A program made the position numbers and the translations under genes. Of a stretch of 64,000 nucleotides of DNA, positions 17,707-29,730 are shown one piece after another (position 1 is the stretch's first letter; every line of letters begins with the position of its first letter). Source of the stretch: an uncultured Verrucomicrobiae bacterium (GTDB lineage: Bacteria; Verrucomicrobiota; Verrucomicrobiia; Opitutales; JABDGR01); the NCBI GenBank assembly GCA_963765205.1, contig CAVXVB010000005.1:96001-160000 (forward strand), written 5' to 3'. The notes under the pieces were generated by a model. The model was not told where the DNA came from, ran no database searches, and saw nothing but the letters and a program-made list of their open reading frames with translations.

Positions 17707-20136
17707 ATGACCCCATCCTATGCGCCGGAAAGTTACATCCGACCGTTTGCCTCCATCGGCCTCGCCGATTTGAAATATGTCGGCGGTAAGAATGCTTCCC
17801 TCGGCGAACTTTACAACCATCTGGCTTCGGCAGGCGTCGTCGTCCCCGATGGCTTCGCAGTTACCGCCAAGGTCTATTGGGATTTTCTGGATGAGAACAA
17901 GCTGCGCGAACCCATTGCGAAACTGCTCGCGGGCCTAAACCGCCAGGACTTTTCCAATCTCAAGGAAACCGGCGCGGCGATTCGCTTCCTCCTGCTCAAA
18001 GGCACTCTCCCACCGGACGCGGGAAAAGCGATACGAGAAGCATACATGCGAATGAACGCCAAAGCAGGTCGGATGGCTTCGGTTGCTGTCCGTAGCAGCG
18101 CCACGGCTGAAGACCTGCCCACGGCCAGCTTTGCGGGACAACATGAATCATATCTAAACGTGGAAGGGCCCGAAATGCTTCTGGAAAGCATTCGCAAATG
18201 CTTTGTTTCGCTCTTTAATGACCGGGCGATAAAATACCGCGAAGACAACGGTTTTCCGCACCTGTCAGTGGCGCTTTCCGTTGGCGTGCAAAAGATGGTC
18301 CGGGCCGATCTTGGTTCTGCCGGCGTTATCTTTACCTTGGAACCGGAAACCGGGTTCAAAGACATCGTGCTCGTAACCGGTTCGTGGGGGTTGGGGGAAA
18401 ATATCGTGCAGGGTGCGATCAACCCCGATGAGTTTTATGTGTTCAAGCCATCCTTCCGCCGGGGAAAAAAAGCCATCGTGCGAAAGCGGCTGGGCAGCAA
18501 GGCCAAGACTATGGGCTACGTCGATGGCGCAACGGGCACGGGAACGGTGAACCTTGACACTCCGCCCGACAAGCAAGCTGAGTTTGTGCTTTTAGATAAG
18601 GAAATCATTCAACTCACCAAATGGGCTTTGGCCATTGAACAGCATTATAAGCAACCGATGGATATCGAATGGGCCAAAGATGGCATGACCGGCGAGTTGT
18701 ATATCGTGCAAGCTCGGCCGGAAACCGTACAGCAACGCCGGAGTCCGTATGTTTCCAAGGAATACAGGCTGACAGCAAAGGGGAAAGTCCTCGCGGAAGG
18801 AAGCGCCATCGGCGGAAAGATTGTATCGGGAACCGCGCGCATTTTGCATGACGCTTCGCAAAGCGACAAACTGCAACCTGGCGACGTGTTGGTGACGGAA
18901 ATCACCAATCCCGACTGGGATGTCATCATGAAACGAGCCAGCGCCATCGTGACCAACCGCGGCGGGCGCACCAGCCATGCCGCCATCGTCGCACGGGAAT
19001 TGGGAATCGCCGCCGTCGTTGGCGCCACGGATGCGACGCAGAAAATCCGTGACGGCCAGGAGGTCACCGTCTGCTGTTCACAGGGAGAAAAAGGCGTCAT
19101 TTATGAAGGCCGGTTGGCTTGGAATGAAAAAGCCTACGATTACCGAAACATTCGCCAGCCCGAAACCCATCCGCTGCTGATTACGGCAGACCCCGACCAG
19201 GCTTTCCGCCTTTCATTTTTGCCTTCGGCTGGGGTGGGCTTAATGCGGCTGGAATTTGCCATCTCCAATTCCATCCGCATTCATCCGATGGCCTTGGTGA
19301 AATACAAGGAATTGAAAGACCCTGCGGCACGGGCGGAGATCGCGGCGCTGACCCGGCAGTATCCAGACAAAGAACAATATTTCGTGGAAAAGCTGGCTGA
19401 GGCCGTGGCCACGATGGCCTGCGCCTTTTATCCCCGTGAAGTCATCGTGCGCATGAGTGATTTCAAGACCAACGAATACGCCAACCTCATCGGCGGAAAA
19501 CAGTTCGAGCCGCAGGAGGAAAACCCCATGATTGGATTTCGGGGTGCCTCGCGCTACTACGATGACCGCTACCGCGAAGGGTTCCGCCTTGAATGTGAAG
19601 CCATGCGCCATGTGCGCAACGAAATGGGCTTGGAGAATGTCAAACTGATGATTCCTTTCTGTCGCACGGTCGCGGAAGGCAAAAAGGTGCTGGCGACCAT
19701 GGCCGCCTCGGGCCTCCGCCGGGGTGAAAACGGGCTGGAAATCTACGTCATGGCCGAGATTCCCTCGAATGTCGTGCTGGCGGACAAGTTCGCCGCCATT
19801 TTCGACGGTTTTTCCATTGGCTCGAACGACCTTACCCAGCTCACGCTCGGCATTGACCGCGATAACGCCACCATCAGCCATCTGTTCAATGAAAAGGACG
19901 ATGCCGCGAAAGCTCTTATAGCCCAGCTTATCGCCCAGGCCAAGCAAGCGGGGGTGCATGTCGGGCTTTGCGGCCAGGCCCCCAGTGATTTTCCCGACTA
20001 TGCCAAATTTCTCGTGGAATGTGGGATTGAAAGTATTTCCTTTAATCCCGATGCCCTCATCAAGGGCATTGAAAATATGCTGCTGGCCGAAAGCCAGTTG
20101 CAAAAGAAACCTTCGGCTTCTGCTCTCATTGCATGA
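17707..20136 (+). CDS. ppsA: Phosphoenolpyruvate synthase
   Basis: VGGKNASLGE, VAVRSSATAED, GGRTSHAAIVARE phospho-His motif, FSIGSNDLTQ. Confidence 0.95.
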   Translation: MTPSYAPESYIRPFASIGLADLKYVGGKNASLGELYNHLASAGVVVPDGFAVTAKVYWDFLDENKLREPIAKLLAGLNRQDFSNLKETGAAIRFLLLKGTLPPDAGKAIREAYMRMNAKAGRMASVAVRSSATAEDLPTASFAGQHESYLNVEGPEMLLESIRKCFVSLFNDRAIKYREDNGFPHLSVALSVGVQKMVRADLGSAGVIFTLEPETGFKDIVLVTGSWGLGENIVQGAINPDEFYVFKPSFRRGKKAIVRKRLGSKAKTMGYVDGATGTGTVNLDTPPDKQAEFVLLDKEIIQLTKWALAIEQHYKQPMDIEWAKDGMTGELYIVQARPETVQQRRSPYVSKEYRLTAKGKVLAEGSAIGGKIVSGTARILHDASQSDKLQPGDVLVTEITNPDWDVIMKRASAIVTNRGGRTSHAAIVARELGIAAVVGATDATQKIRDGQEVTVCCSQGEKGVIYEGRLAWNEKAYDYRNIRQPETHPLLITADPDQAFRLSFLPSAGVGLMRLEFAISNSIRIHPMALVKYKELKDPAARAEIAALTRQYPDKEQYFVEKLAEAVATMACAFYPREVIVRMSDFKTNEYANLIGGKQFEPQEENPMIGFRGASRYYDDRYREGFRLECEAMRHVRNEMGLENVKLMIPFCRTVAEGKKVLATMAASGLRRGENGLEIYVMAEIPSNVVLADKFAAIFDGFSIGSNDLTQLTLGIDRDNATISHLFNEKDDAAKALIAQLIAQAKQAGVHVGLCGQAPSDFPDYAKFLVECGIESISFNPDALIKGIENMLLAESQLQKKPSASALIA

Positions 20137-21119
20137 AAACACTGGTTTACAGCATCCATCAATTTGAAAAGCCGTTTCTGGCTGAAGCTGCGGCTGGCAA
20201 GCATGAGTTGAAACTGCTTGATGTCGCGCTGACGGCGCAAACCGCCCAGGCAGCGTCGGGCTTTGGGGCCGCAGCCATTTTCACGGCGGATGATGCCTCT
20301 GCGCTGGTGCTTGATTTACTGAGTCGCGCGGGCATCCGTTACATTGCTATCCGTGCCGCTGGCTATGACAATATTGACCTCAAGCACGCCGCCGCCCTTG
20401 GAATCAAGGTGGCCAATGTGCCGGCTTATTCGCCCAATTCCGTGGCCGAGCATACTGTGGCACTCATGCTGGCGCTGAATCGGAAGCTGGTTCTTTCCGA
20501 CCGCCAAGTTCATGCTTGGAACTTTTGTCTCGATAACCTCGTCGGCTTTGATTTGAGCGGGAAAGCCGTGGGCATCATCGGCACGGGCAGGATTGGCGCG
20601 ACTTTGGCCCGCATCTTGCATGGTTTCGGCTGCCGATTACTCGCCTACGATGTGGTGAAAAACGAGCAGTTGAGGATGTTCTATGGGCTCGAATACGTCC
20701 CATTGTCGGAACTATGTCGGCAGTCTGACATCATTACACTGCATACATCGCTTAATGCCAGCACCTGGCATCTTGTGGATGAGACACATATTGGCCTGAT
20801 GAAGAAAGGCGTCATGCTGATTAACACCTGCCGTGGCCCGGTATTGAAAACCGACGCGGTCATCTCGGCGCTCGAATCCGGGAAAATCGGCGCATTGGGC
20901 TTGGATGTATATGAATTTGAAAAAGGTATCTTTTTTGCAGACCAATCCAACCGTTCCGTGCGCGACGAACGCTTGGCCCGGCTCCTGGCCTTTCCCAATG
21001 TGCTAGTCACGGGCCATCAGGCGTTTCTCACGCGAGAAGCCCTGCAAAATATAGCCGTCGGGACGGTGCAAAATCTCGATTGTTGGGAAAAGGGGGCATC
21101 TTCTCCGAATGAATTGTAA
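20133..21119 (+). CDS. ldhA: D-lactate / D-2-hydroxyacid dehydrogenase
   Basis: VPAYSPNSVAEH, GIIGTGRIG, INTCRG, LDVYEFE, TGHQAFLT. Confidence 0.85.
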   Translation: MKTLVYSIHQFEKPFLAEAAAGKHELKLLDVALTAQTAQAASGFGAAAIFTADDASALVLDLLSRAGIRYIAIRAAGYDNIDLKHAAALGIKVANVPAYSPNSVAEHTVALMLALNRKLVLSDRQVHAWNFCLDNLVGFDLSGKAVGIIGTGRIGATLARILHGFGCRLLAYDVVKNEQLRMFYGLEYVPLSELCRQSDIITLHTSLNASTWHLVDETHIGLMKKGVMLINTCRGPVLKTDAVISALESGKIGALGLDVYEFEKGIFFADQSNRSVRDERLARLLAFPNVLVTGHQAFLTREALQNIAVGTVQNLDCWEKGASSPNEL

Positions 21120-21161
21120 ACCAAGGGTTGTTTGAAATTTTTCAAAAAAAGTGTTACTCCC

Positions 21162-21698
21162 ATGACCAAAAAGAATCTTCCGCTCTCTAAAATCTATGGC
21201 CTGCTCGAATCTGGTCCGGTCGTGATGATTACGACGGCAGCAAAAGGCAAAGCCAATATCATGACGATGTCCTGGCATACGATGATGGACTTTGAGCCGC
21301 CGCTGGTCGGTTTGGTTATCGGTGAAGGGAGCCTGACTTTCTCCAACCTATTGAAGGCCAAAGAATGCGTTATCAACATTCCAACTGTGGAATTGGCGAA
21401 CCAAGTCGTGGGTTGCGGAAACGCCTCCGGGCGAGATACTGACAAGATCAAAGTTTATCATCTGACAACTGCGGCGGCTTCCTGTGTCAAACCGCCTCTG
21501 ATTGACGAATGTTATGCCAATCTTGAATGTAAGCTCGTGGATTCCAAAATGGCGTCGCGATATAATTTTTTCGTCGTCGAGGTAGTCAAAGCATGGATTA
21601 ACCCTTCGTGTAAAAATCCAAAAACAGTTCACCACCTCGGCTGGGGCCACTTCATGGTCGCGGGCAAGACTATCAGGCTCCCCTCCCGGATGAGATAA
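21162..21698 (+). CDS. Flavin reductase family protein
   Basis: GPVVMITT, NIMTMSW, ECVINIP, PLIDECYANLEC. Confidence 0.85.
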   Translation: MTKKNLPLSKIYGLLESGPVVMITTAAKGKANIMTMSWHTMMDFEPPLVGLVIGEGSLTFSNLLKAKECVINIPTVELANQVVGCGNASGRDTDKIKVYHLTTAAASCVKPPLIDECYANLECKLVDSKMASRYNFFVVEVVKAWINPSCKNPKTVHHLGWGHFMVAGKTIRLPSRMR

Positions 21699-21826
21699 AC
21701 AACACTGTGAGAGATGGGCTTAATACAAAGCGAGCGAATGCACTTGAGGGCGAATTCTCCTGGAACTAATCTAATGCTTGCTAAGTGCCAGTGGAGTGAA
21801 ACACCCATCGCAAACTGGAGGCCAAA

Positions 21827-22189
21827 ATGCCCATTCAAATCAAAGATGAAAACGACGGGAAGATAATGGTCATTCACGTTACCGGAAAGGTAGTGAAGGC
21901 CGATTACGGGCCTTTTGTGCCCGAGTTCGAGCGACTTCTGGCCGCACACGGAAAATTGCGCGTGCTGTTTGACCTAACCGGCTTTCACGGTTGGGACGCG
22001 GGCGCGGCTTGGGAAGACATCAAATTCGACATCAAACATTATGCCGACATCGAACGGCTGGCGATCATCGGAGAAAAGAAATGGCATCATGGCATGGCGG
22101 TATTTTTCAAGCCGTTCACCAAGGCGACGATCCAATATTTCGACCACGCTGCTGCCGCTGAGGCAAGGAAGTGGTTGGAAACGGCGTAG
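21827..22189 (+). CDS. SpoIIAA-like (STAS/SEC14) protein
   Basis: GKLRVLFDLTGFHGWD..AAWEDIKF...ERLAIIG...ARKWL. Confidence 0.85.
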   Translation: MPIQIKDENDGKIMVIHVTGKVVKADYGPFVPEFERLLAAHGKLRVLFDLTGFHGWDAGAAWEDIKFDIKHYADIERLAIIGEKKWHHGMAVFFKPFTKATIQYFDHAAAAEARKWLETA

Positions 22190-23659
<1,470 letters not shown>

Positions 23660-23660
23660 T

Positions 23661-24065
23661 ATGCCGCCAACCCTCATGAATCTTAAGGTGCTGCTGCCCT
23701 TCCAAATCTTCGTCGAAAAAACCGGCGTATTGCGCATCGTCACGGAGACGCGCGAGGGATCGTTTGGTCTCTTGCCGCACCGGCTCGATTGCGTGGCGGC
23801 CCTCACGCCCGGAATACTGCTTTATGAAACTGAAGCGGAGGGTGAGGTCTATCTCGCCGTGGATGGCGGGGTGTTGGTCAAGACCGGTCCGGAGGTGCTT
23901 GTTTCCGTGCGGCGGGCCATGGGCGGGGCGGACCTTGGCCAATTACGCAATGCGGTCGTGCAAGAATTTTTGACCCTGGATGAACATGAGCAAAGCATGC
24001 GCACAGTCATGGCGAAATTGGAAACCGGATTTTTGCGCCGCTTCGCAAAATTACAACATGAGTGA
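23661..24065 (+). CDS. atpC: N-ATPase epsilon subunit
   Basis: GSFGLLPHRLD, operon position. Confidence 0.9.
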   Translation: MPPTLMNLKVLLPFQIFVEKTGVLRIVTETREGSFGLLPHRLDCVAALTPGILLYETEAEGEVYLAVDGGVLVKTGPEVLVSVRRAMGGADLGQLRNAVVQEFLTLDEHEQSMRTVMAKLETGFLRRFAKLQHE

Positions 24066-24393
24066 CGAGCCAAAGCATGTCTCAAGAATCGCGCCAACCC
24101 TTGCCGGGCAGGTTGGCGCGAAGGCGGCGCGTAAGATAAAGGCGCAGCGCAACCCCATTCCCGGTGTCTGGATGGGATTGGGCCGAATGGGACTGATTGG
24201 CTGGTCCGTGGTTATCCCGACCCTGCTGGGTGCGGCGCTGGGAATCTGGCTGGACCGGCATTTTCCGGGAAGCCATTCCTGGACGCTGGCGTTGTTGGTT
24301 GCCGGACTCGTGATTGGATGTTTCAATGCGTGGCGTTGGGTCGCCAAGGAAGGCGAGGCCATGGAGGCGGAACAGGAGGACAACCATGAATGA
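24058..24393 (+). CDS. atpQ: N-ATPase AtpQ (AtpI/AtpZ-like membrane protein)
   Basis: GLIGWSVVIPTLLGAALGIWLD, two TM segments, operon position. Confidence 0.8.
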   Translation: MSDEPKHVSRIAPTLAGQVGAKAARKIKAQRNPIPGVWMGLGRMGLIGWSVVIPTLLGAALGIWLDRHFPGSHSWTLALLVAGLVIGCFNAWRWVAKEGEAMEAEQEDNHE

Positions 24394-24700
24394 AACCCTA
24401 ACCTTGGTGCTGGCATGGGCGGCGGGCGTGATGCTCGGCGCGATTTTCTTTGGCGGCCTTTGGTGGACGGTTCGCAAGGGCATGGCGTCCCCGCGTCCGG
24501 TGCTTTGGTTCCTGGGCAGCCTGGTGCTGCGGATGTGCATGGTCCTGGCTGGATTTTATTTGGTTGGGAAGAATGATTGGAGGCGGCTGTTGCTGTGTCT
24601 TTTGGGATTCATCATGGCGCGTTTCGTGGTAATCAGGGTGACTCGGCCAACGGGGGAAACCCCCATGCGTCCGGCAAAGGAGGCCAGCCATGCGCCTTAG
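24386..24700 (+). CDS. atpR: N-ATPase AtpR membrane subunit
   Basis: FFGGLWWTV...SLVLR...GFIMAR, with conserved Arg residues in TM helices. Confidence 0.8.
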   Translation: MNETLTLVLAWAAGVMLGAIFFGGLWWTVRKGMASPRPVLWFLGSLVLRMCMVLAGFYLVGKNDWRRLLLCLLGFIMARFVVIRVTRPTGETPMRPAKEASHAP

Positions 24701-25385
24701 TCCCGACGAGATGATTTTCTGGCAACACGGCTTGCTCAAACTCAACGCCACCGTTGTGTTTACATGGGGACTGATGCTCTTGCTGACCATCGGCTCAATC
24801 CTTATTACCCGCAACCTTTCCACGGAACTGCAACGATCCCGCTGGCAGAATCTATTGGAAATCGTCGTCACCGCCATCGAGAAACAGATTGAAGACGTGG
24901 GCCTTCGCCAGCCCAAGAAATATCTTGGATTTCTAGGCACGCTCTTTCTGTTTATTGCCACGGCCAGCCTTTGCACCGTCATTCCCGGCTACGAATCGCC
25001 CACCGGCTCGCTTTCGACCACCGCGGCGCTCGCGCTGAGTGTATTTGTCGCCGTCCCATTTTTCGGCATCGAGGAACAAGGCTTGGGCGGCTACCTCAAG
25101 TCCTACGTGGAGCCGACGATCATCATGTTGCCATTTAACATCATCAGCGAGCTTTCACGCACGCTGGCGATGGCCGTCCGCCTCTTTGGCAATATGATGA
25201 GCGGGGCCATGATTGTAGGCATTCTGCTCACGATTGCGCCATTTCTCTTTCCCATTTTGATGACGGTGCTCGGTCTGCTCACCGGCATGGTGCAAGCCTA
25301 CATATTCAGCATTCTGGCCACCGTTTACATCGCGGCGGCCACGCGCACACGCCAGCCCAAGCTAGGGCAAGTGTCCGCAACTTGA
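24690..25385 (+). CDS. atpB: N-ATPase a subunit
   Basis: SRTLAMAVRLFGNM, QAYIFSIL. Confidence 0.95.
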   Translation: MRLSPDEMIFWQHGLLKLNATVVFTWGLMLLLTIGSILITRNLSTELQRSRWQNLLEIVVTAIEKQIEDVGLRQPKKYLGFLGTLFLFIATASLCTVIPGYESPTGSLSTTAALALSVFVAVPFFGIEEQGLGGYLKSYVEPTIIMLPFNIISELSRTLAMAVRLFGNMMSGAMIVGILLTIAPFLFPILMTVLGLLTGMVQAYIFSILATVYIAAATRTRQPKLGQVSAT

Positions 25386-25415
25386 AACGACAACCCATCA
25401 ACCCAAGGACATACC

Positions 25416-25697
25416 ATGGACAGCTTGACCCTCATTGCCGCCGCCTCAATCGTTACGGCGGGCCTCACGACTGGCGTGGGGTGCATGGCACCCGCGCTTG
25501 CCGAAGGCCGATCGGTGGCGACGGCGCTGACGGCGCTGGCGCAGCAACCCGACGCCTCCGCCACCATCACCCGGACATTATTCGTTGGCTTGGCGATGAT
25601 CGAGTCCACGGCCATCTACTGTTTCGTGGTCTCGATGATTCTCATTTTCGCCAACCCGTTCTGGAACCACGTTATTGCCCAAACTGCGGGAAAGTAA
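25416..25697 (+). CDS. atpE: N-ATPase c subunit with Na+-binding signature
   Basis: ALAEG...QQP...MIESTAIY. Confidence 0.95.
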   Translation: MDSLTLIAAASIVTAGLTTGVGCMAPALAEGRSVATALTALAQQPDASATITRTLFVGLAMIESTAIYCFVVSMILIFANPFWNHVIAQTAGK

Positions 25698-25700
25698 CCC

Positions 25701-26519
25701 ATGCTGATTGATTGGTTCACCGTCGGTGCGCAAGTGCTGAACTTCCTCATTCTAGTGTGGTTGTTAAAGCGCTTTCTCTACAAACCCGTCCTTGCCGCCA
25801 TTGACGCGCGGGAGCGGCGAATCGCCGCGGAAATTGCGGACGCGGACGCCAAGAAGGCCGAGGCCCAAAAAGAGCGCGATGAGTTCCAGCGCAGGAACTT
25901 GGAATTCGATGCGCAACGCGCCGTCCTCTTGAGCCGCGCGACTGACGAGGTGAAAGCGGAACGGCAGCGGCGCCTCGACGCGGCGCGGCAGGCAGCGGAC
26001 GATTTGAGTTCGAAACGACAGGAATCGCTGAGAAACGACGCCCAAAATCTGAATCAATCCCTTAGTCGGCGAACCCAGCAGGAGGTGTTTGCCATCGCGC
26101 GAAAGGTGCTGGCGGACCTTGCCTCCGCCAACTTGGAAGAACGGCTCGGCGAGGTGTTTATCAGCCGCTTGCGGGCGATGAACGGAAAGGCGAAAGAAGA
26201 CCTCGCCGCAGCCCTCAAGACCGCGTCTGGCCCCGCCCTTGTCCGCAGTGCCTTTGATCTGCCGGCGGGGCAACGCGCTGTGATACAAAAAGCGCTCAAT
26301 GAAACTTTTTCGGCTGATATTCGCGTCCGGTTTGAAACCACCCCGGACTTGGTCAGCGGAATCGAACTCACCACCAACGGACAAAAGGTGGCCTGGAGCA
26401 TCGCGGATTACCTCATATCGCTTGAAAAGGGCGTCGGTGAGCTCCTAAGCCAGCAAGCCAAGGTCGCGCCTTCATCCGAGGTCAAGACTGCGCCGCCAAC
26501 TATTCCCGCTGGCCAATGA
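25701..26519 (+). CDS. atpF: N-ATPase b subunit with delta-like C-terminal extension
   Basis: [29 protein letters not shown], coiled coil, C-terminal GIEL...WS. Confidence 0.9.
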   Translation: MLIDWFTVGAQVLNFLILVWLLKRFLYKPVLAAIDARERRIAAEIADADAKKAEAQKERDEFQRRNLEFDAQRAVLLSRATDEVKAERQRRLDAARQAADDLSSKRQESLRNDAQNLNQSLSRRTQQEVFAIARKVLADLASANLEERLGEVFISRLRAMNGKAKEDLAAALKTASGPALVRSAFDLPAGQRAVIQKALNETFSADIRVRFETTPDLVSGIELTTNGQKVAWSIADYLISLEKGVGELLSQQAKVAPSSEVKTAPPTIPAGQ

Positions 26520-28105
26520 ACCCAATGCCGGAAAATTTGCAAAGTGTTTTCGACCGCACCTTCGCTGGAATAAGCCAGGTGCGGGCGACTATTATGCCGC
26601 AATTAACACCGCATGAGGTGGGCACCATAACGAATATTTCCACGGGTATCGCCAGAGTTTCCGGTCTTCCTAGCGTGGGGTTTGAGGAGCTGGTCAAATT
26701 TCCGGGCGATGTGTTTGGCATCGCGTTCAACGTGGACGAGGACGAAGTCGGCGTTGTGTTGCTGGGCGAATACTGGCATCTGAACGCCGGTGACGAAGTC
26801 GAACGAACTGGCCGGGTCATGGACGTGGCCGTTGGCGAGGGATTGCTGGGACGGGTCATTGACCCGCTCTGTCGGCCTCTCGACGGCAAGGGACCGGTGG
26901 TCGCCAACGAACGGCTCCCAATTGAGCGCCCCGCAGCACCCATTATGGATCGCGCGCCGGTCACGGTGCCTCTCCAAACCGGGTTAAAAGTCATTGACGC
27001 GTTAATTCCCATTGGGCGCGGCCAGCGCGAATTGATTTTGGGCGACCGGCAGACCGGCAAGACCGCCATCGCACTCGACACCATTCTCAACCAGAGGGGG
27101 CGGAATGTCATTTGCGTCTATTGCGCCATTGGTCAACGCGCTTCTGCGGTGGCGAAGGCCGTGGCGGTCTTGCGCGAGAAGGGTGCAATGGATTATACCA
27201 TCGTGGTCGTGACCGAGGGCAACGACCCGCCTGGTCTCGCTTTCATTGCTCCTTACGCCGCCACCAGCATCGCGGAGCATTTTATGGATGCGGGTCGCGA
27301 CGTGTTGATCGTTTATGACGACCTTACGCAACACGCCCGCGCCTATCGCGAGCTTTCCCTGCTGCTCCGCCGCCCGCCCGGCCGTGAAGCCTTCCCCGGC
27401 GATATTTTCTATATTCATTCGCGATTGCTGGAACGGGCCACGCATTTACGCACAGAACTGGGCGGCGGCTCGCTCACCGCACTACCCATTGTCGAGACTG
27501 ACGCGCAGAATATTTCCGCCTACATTCCCACCAACCTGATTTCCATCACGGATGGGCAGATTTACCTCTCGCCGTCGTTGTTTGAATTGGGGGTGCTGCC
27601 CGCAGTCGATGTGGGCCAATCTGTTTCGCGCGTGGGCGGCAAAGCCCAACTTGCGGCTTATCGCGCGGTGGCGGGTGACCTCAAGCTTGCCTATGCGCAA
27701 TTTGAGGAACTTGAGACTTTTGCCCGATTTGGGGCGCGTCTGAACGAAGACACCCGCAAGGTCATTGAGCATGGACGGCGAATCCGCGCCTGTCTGAAAC
27801 AATCGGAATTTTCCCCGGTTTCCGTGCCCGCCCAAATCGCCGTTCTCTTGGCGCTATCCGAAGGATTTTTCGACTTGGTGCCGATTGACCGAATGAGGGA
27901 AGCCGAGCACGCCGTGCATGAGGCGGCGGCGAGCATCCCGACCGATGTTTGCGCGCGACTTGAAACTGATGAAAAGTTGGATGAGAAAAACCGCAAAAGA
28001 ATAATCGAGATCGCGCGCTTGGCGCTTAGCAGATACCAACCTGAGTCGAAAGTCCAAACAGCGGTCAACCCCGGTCCCAAAACGGCATTGGAGGAGAATT
28101 CATGA
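26516..28105 (+). CDS. atpA: N-ATPase alpha subunit
   Basis: [27 protein letters not shown]. Confidence 0.95.
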   Translation: MNPMPENLQSVFDRTFAGISQVRATIMPQLTPHEVGTITNISTGIARVSGLPSVGFEELVKFPGDVFGIAFNVDEDEVGVVLLGEYWHLNAGDEVERTGRVMDVAVGEGLLGRVIDPLCRPLDGKGPVVANERLPIERPAAPIMDRAPVTVPLQTGLKVIDALIPIGRGQRELILGDRQTGKTAIALDTILNQRGRNVICVYCAIGQRASAVAKAVAVLREKGAMDYTIVVVTEGNDPPGLAFIAPYAATSIAEHFMDAGRDVLIVYDDLTQHARAYRELSLLLRRPPGREAFPGDIFYIHSRLLERATHLRTELGGGSLTALPIVETDAQNISAYIPTNLISITDGQIYLSPSLFELGVLPAVDVGQSVSRVGGKAQLAAYRAVAGDLKLAYAQFEELETFARFGARLNEDTRKVIEHGRRIRACLKQSEFSPVSVPAQIAVLLALSEGFFDLVPIDRMREAEHAVHEAAASIPTDVCARLETDEKLDEKNRKRIIEIARLALSRYQPESKVQTAVNPGPKTALEENS

Positions 28106-28992
28106 GTGACACCACCGCCAGCCTGCGCCGCAAGATAACCAGTGCCGGAGAACTTCGATCCGTCGTCCGCACGATGAAAGCGATGGCGGCGTCAAGCATT
28201 GGCCAATACGAGAAATCGGTGCGTGCGTTGGCGGACTATTATCGGGCCGTGGAATTGGGATTGGGCGCGTGCTTCCGGGAAAGCGACCTGGCCGCCCTTG
28301 TAAGTGGGCGGGAGCGACAATCCGTTGCAAGTGAAATCGGCGCTGTCGTCTTTGGGTCTGACCAGGGACTGGTGGGGCAGTTTAATGAGGTGGTGGCCGA
28401 TTATGCAATCAGCACCCTTGCTACACTACCCGGCAAACCTAAAATTTGGGCGGTGGGTGCGCGCGTTCATGCGCACCTGGCGGATGCAGATTTTCCATTG
28501 GCAAGACTCTTTTCCGTCCCCAATTCCGTTCAGGCCATCACTTCGCTCATTGAACAGATTCAAATTGAATGCGAAGCGCATCGGGCAAAAAGCGAGAATG
28601 CGCGAGTTTATGTGTTCCATAATCGCCCGCGGTTTGGTTCGCTCTACGAACCGGTCAGCCAGCGGTTGTTGCCCCTCGACACGCCTTGGCAGCAAGGTCT
28701 CGCCAAATGCCGCTGGCCGACGAAAAACTTGCCCGAGGTGATGCGCGGAGGAACGGCGACGCTGCGCGCGCTCATCCACGAATATCTTTTTATATCGCTA
28801 TTTCGTGCGTGCGCCGAATCCCTGGCGAGTGAAAATGCCAGCCGTCTGGCGGCCATGGAACACGCGGAGAAAAATATCGAGGGGCTACTGGAGGGTCTCC
28901 ATGGCACGTTCAATCGTTTGCGTCAGCAAGGTATTGACGAGGAGCTTTTCGACGTGATTGCCGGCTTCGAGGCGCAAGTTGGACCGCGTTAA
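28102..28992 (+). CDS. atpG: N-ATPase gamma subunit
   Basis: [37 protein letters not shown]. Confidence 0.95.
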   Translation: MSDTTASLRRKITSAGELRSVVRTMKAMAASSIGQYEKSVRALADYYRAVELGLGACFRESDLAALVSGRERQSVASEIGAVVFGSDQGLVGQFNEVVADYAISTLATLPGKPKIWAVGARVHAHLADADFPLARLFSVPNSVQAITSLIEQIQIECEAHRAKSENARVYVFHNRPRFGSLYEPVSQRLLPLDTPWQQGLAKCRWPTKNLPEVMRGGTATLRALIHEYLFISLFRACAESLASENASRLAAMEHAEKNIEGLLEGLHGTFNRLRQQGIDEELFDVIAGFEAQVGPR

Positions 28993-29129
28993 CAACGCAC
29001 CCAAATTGGATAGATAGGCGTAATGGAATGAACTCATAGTGCTTACCTAATTTGGGGACTTATATACAAAGTTACCCCAAAGGTAACGCATTAAGCCCGA
29101 AGGGCTTAGGGGGTGCGCTGTGAGCGCGC

Positions 29130-29423
29130 CTATTCCGCCCGATTCGACACAATCCACTTCTGCTCTTCGTCAAGGAAGAGCACCCGATAAGGCAATTCCA
29201 CGTCAGCAACCTTGCCCAAGGCCCGACTGGCTAACTCTAGGTCTTTTTCTAAGACTATCAGCCAGAGATTTTCGCCAAGCCTTTCGCTACCTTTGGCTCT
29301 TCGCAAAATGCCTTCCATGTGAACTACTAATTCCAGCCAATGCTGCCCTTTGGCGCGGCTGGCGTCGTGGTCGGGCTTTTCTACGACAAGCAAGAGGGAA
29401 TGAGGTTGCTTCATGCCCGCCAC
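29130..29423 (-). CDS. Small hypothetical passenger protein inside the IS
   Basis: 97-aa ORF with beta/alpha pattern (LLLVVEKP, ENLWLIVL, YRVLFL); TTGACA lies upstream. Confidence 0.5.
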   Translation of the reverse strand: MAGMKQPHSLLLVVEKPDHDASRAKGQHWLELVVHMEGILRRAKGSERLGENLWLIVLEKDLELASRALGKVADVELPYRVLFLDEEQKWIVSNRAE

Positions 29424-29692
29424 AAGACCCTAAACCGCAAGGGTTGTCAAGTGTCAAAAACAAGACCGGGAAAATCGTAGGGATTTTCTTATTATGTTGC
29501 CATATTCGTTGGTAGCTTTGGGCTGCTGCTCCATTGGTTTTGACCCATCCGCCGTCCCCGACTGTCCATACAGCCGCCCAAAGGCCAACAAGGCCCCTAA
29601 AACAACAATGCTTAGCTTCATGCGACAAATTGGCACTCAATTACCCCTCGCGGCAACCACAAAAATAGTTCAATAAATCTTCAATCTACCAC

Positions 29693-29721
29693 TTGACAAC
29701 CCTAAGATTATGGGGTAATCT
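29693..29721 (+). promoter_or_regulatory. Sigma70-like promoter of the transposase
   Basis: TTGACA-17 bp-TAATCT, ending 9 nt before the ATG at 29731. Confidence 0.6.
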
Positions 29722-29730
29722 ACTACCAGA

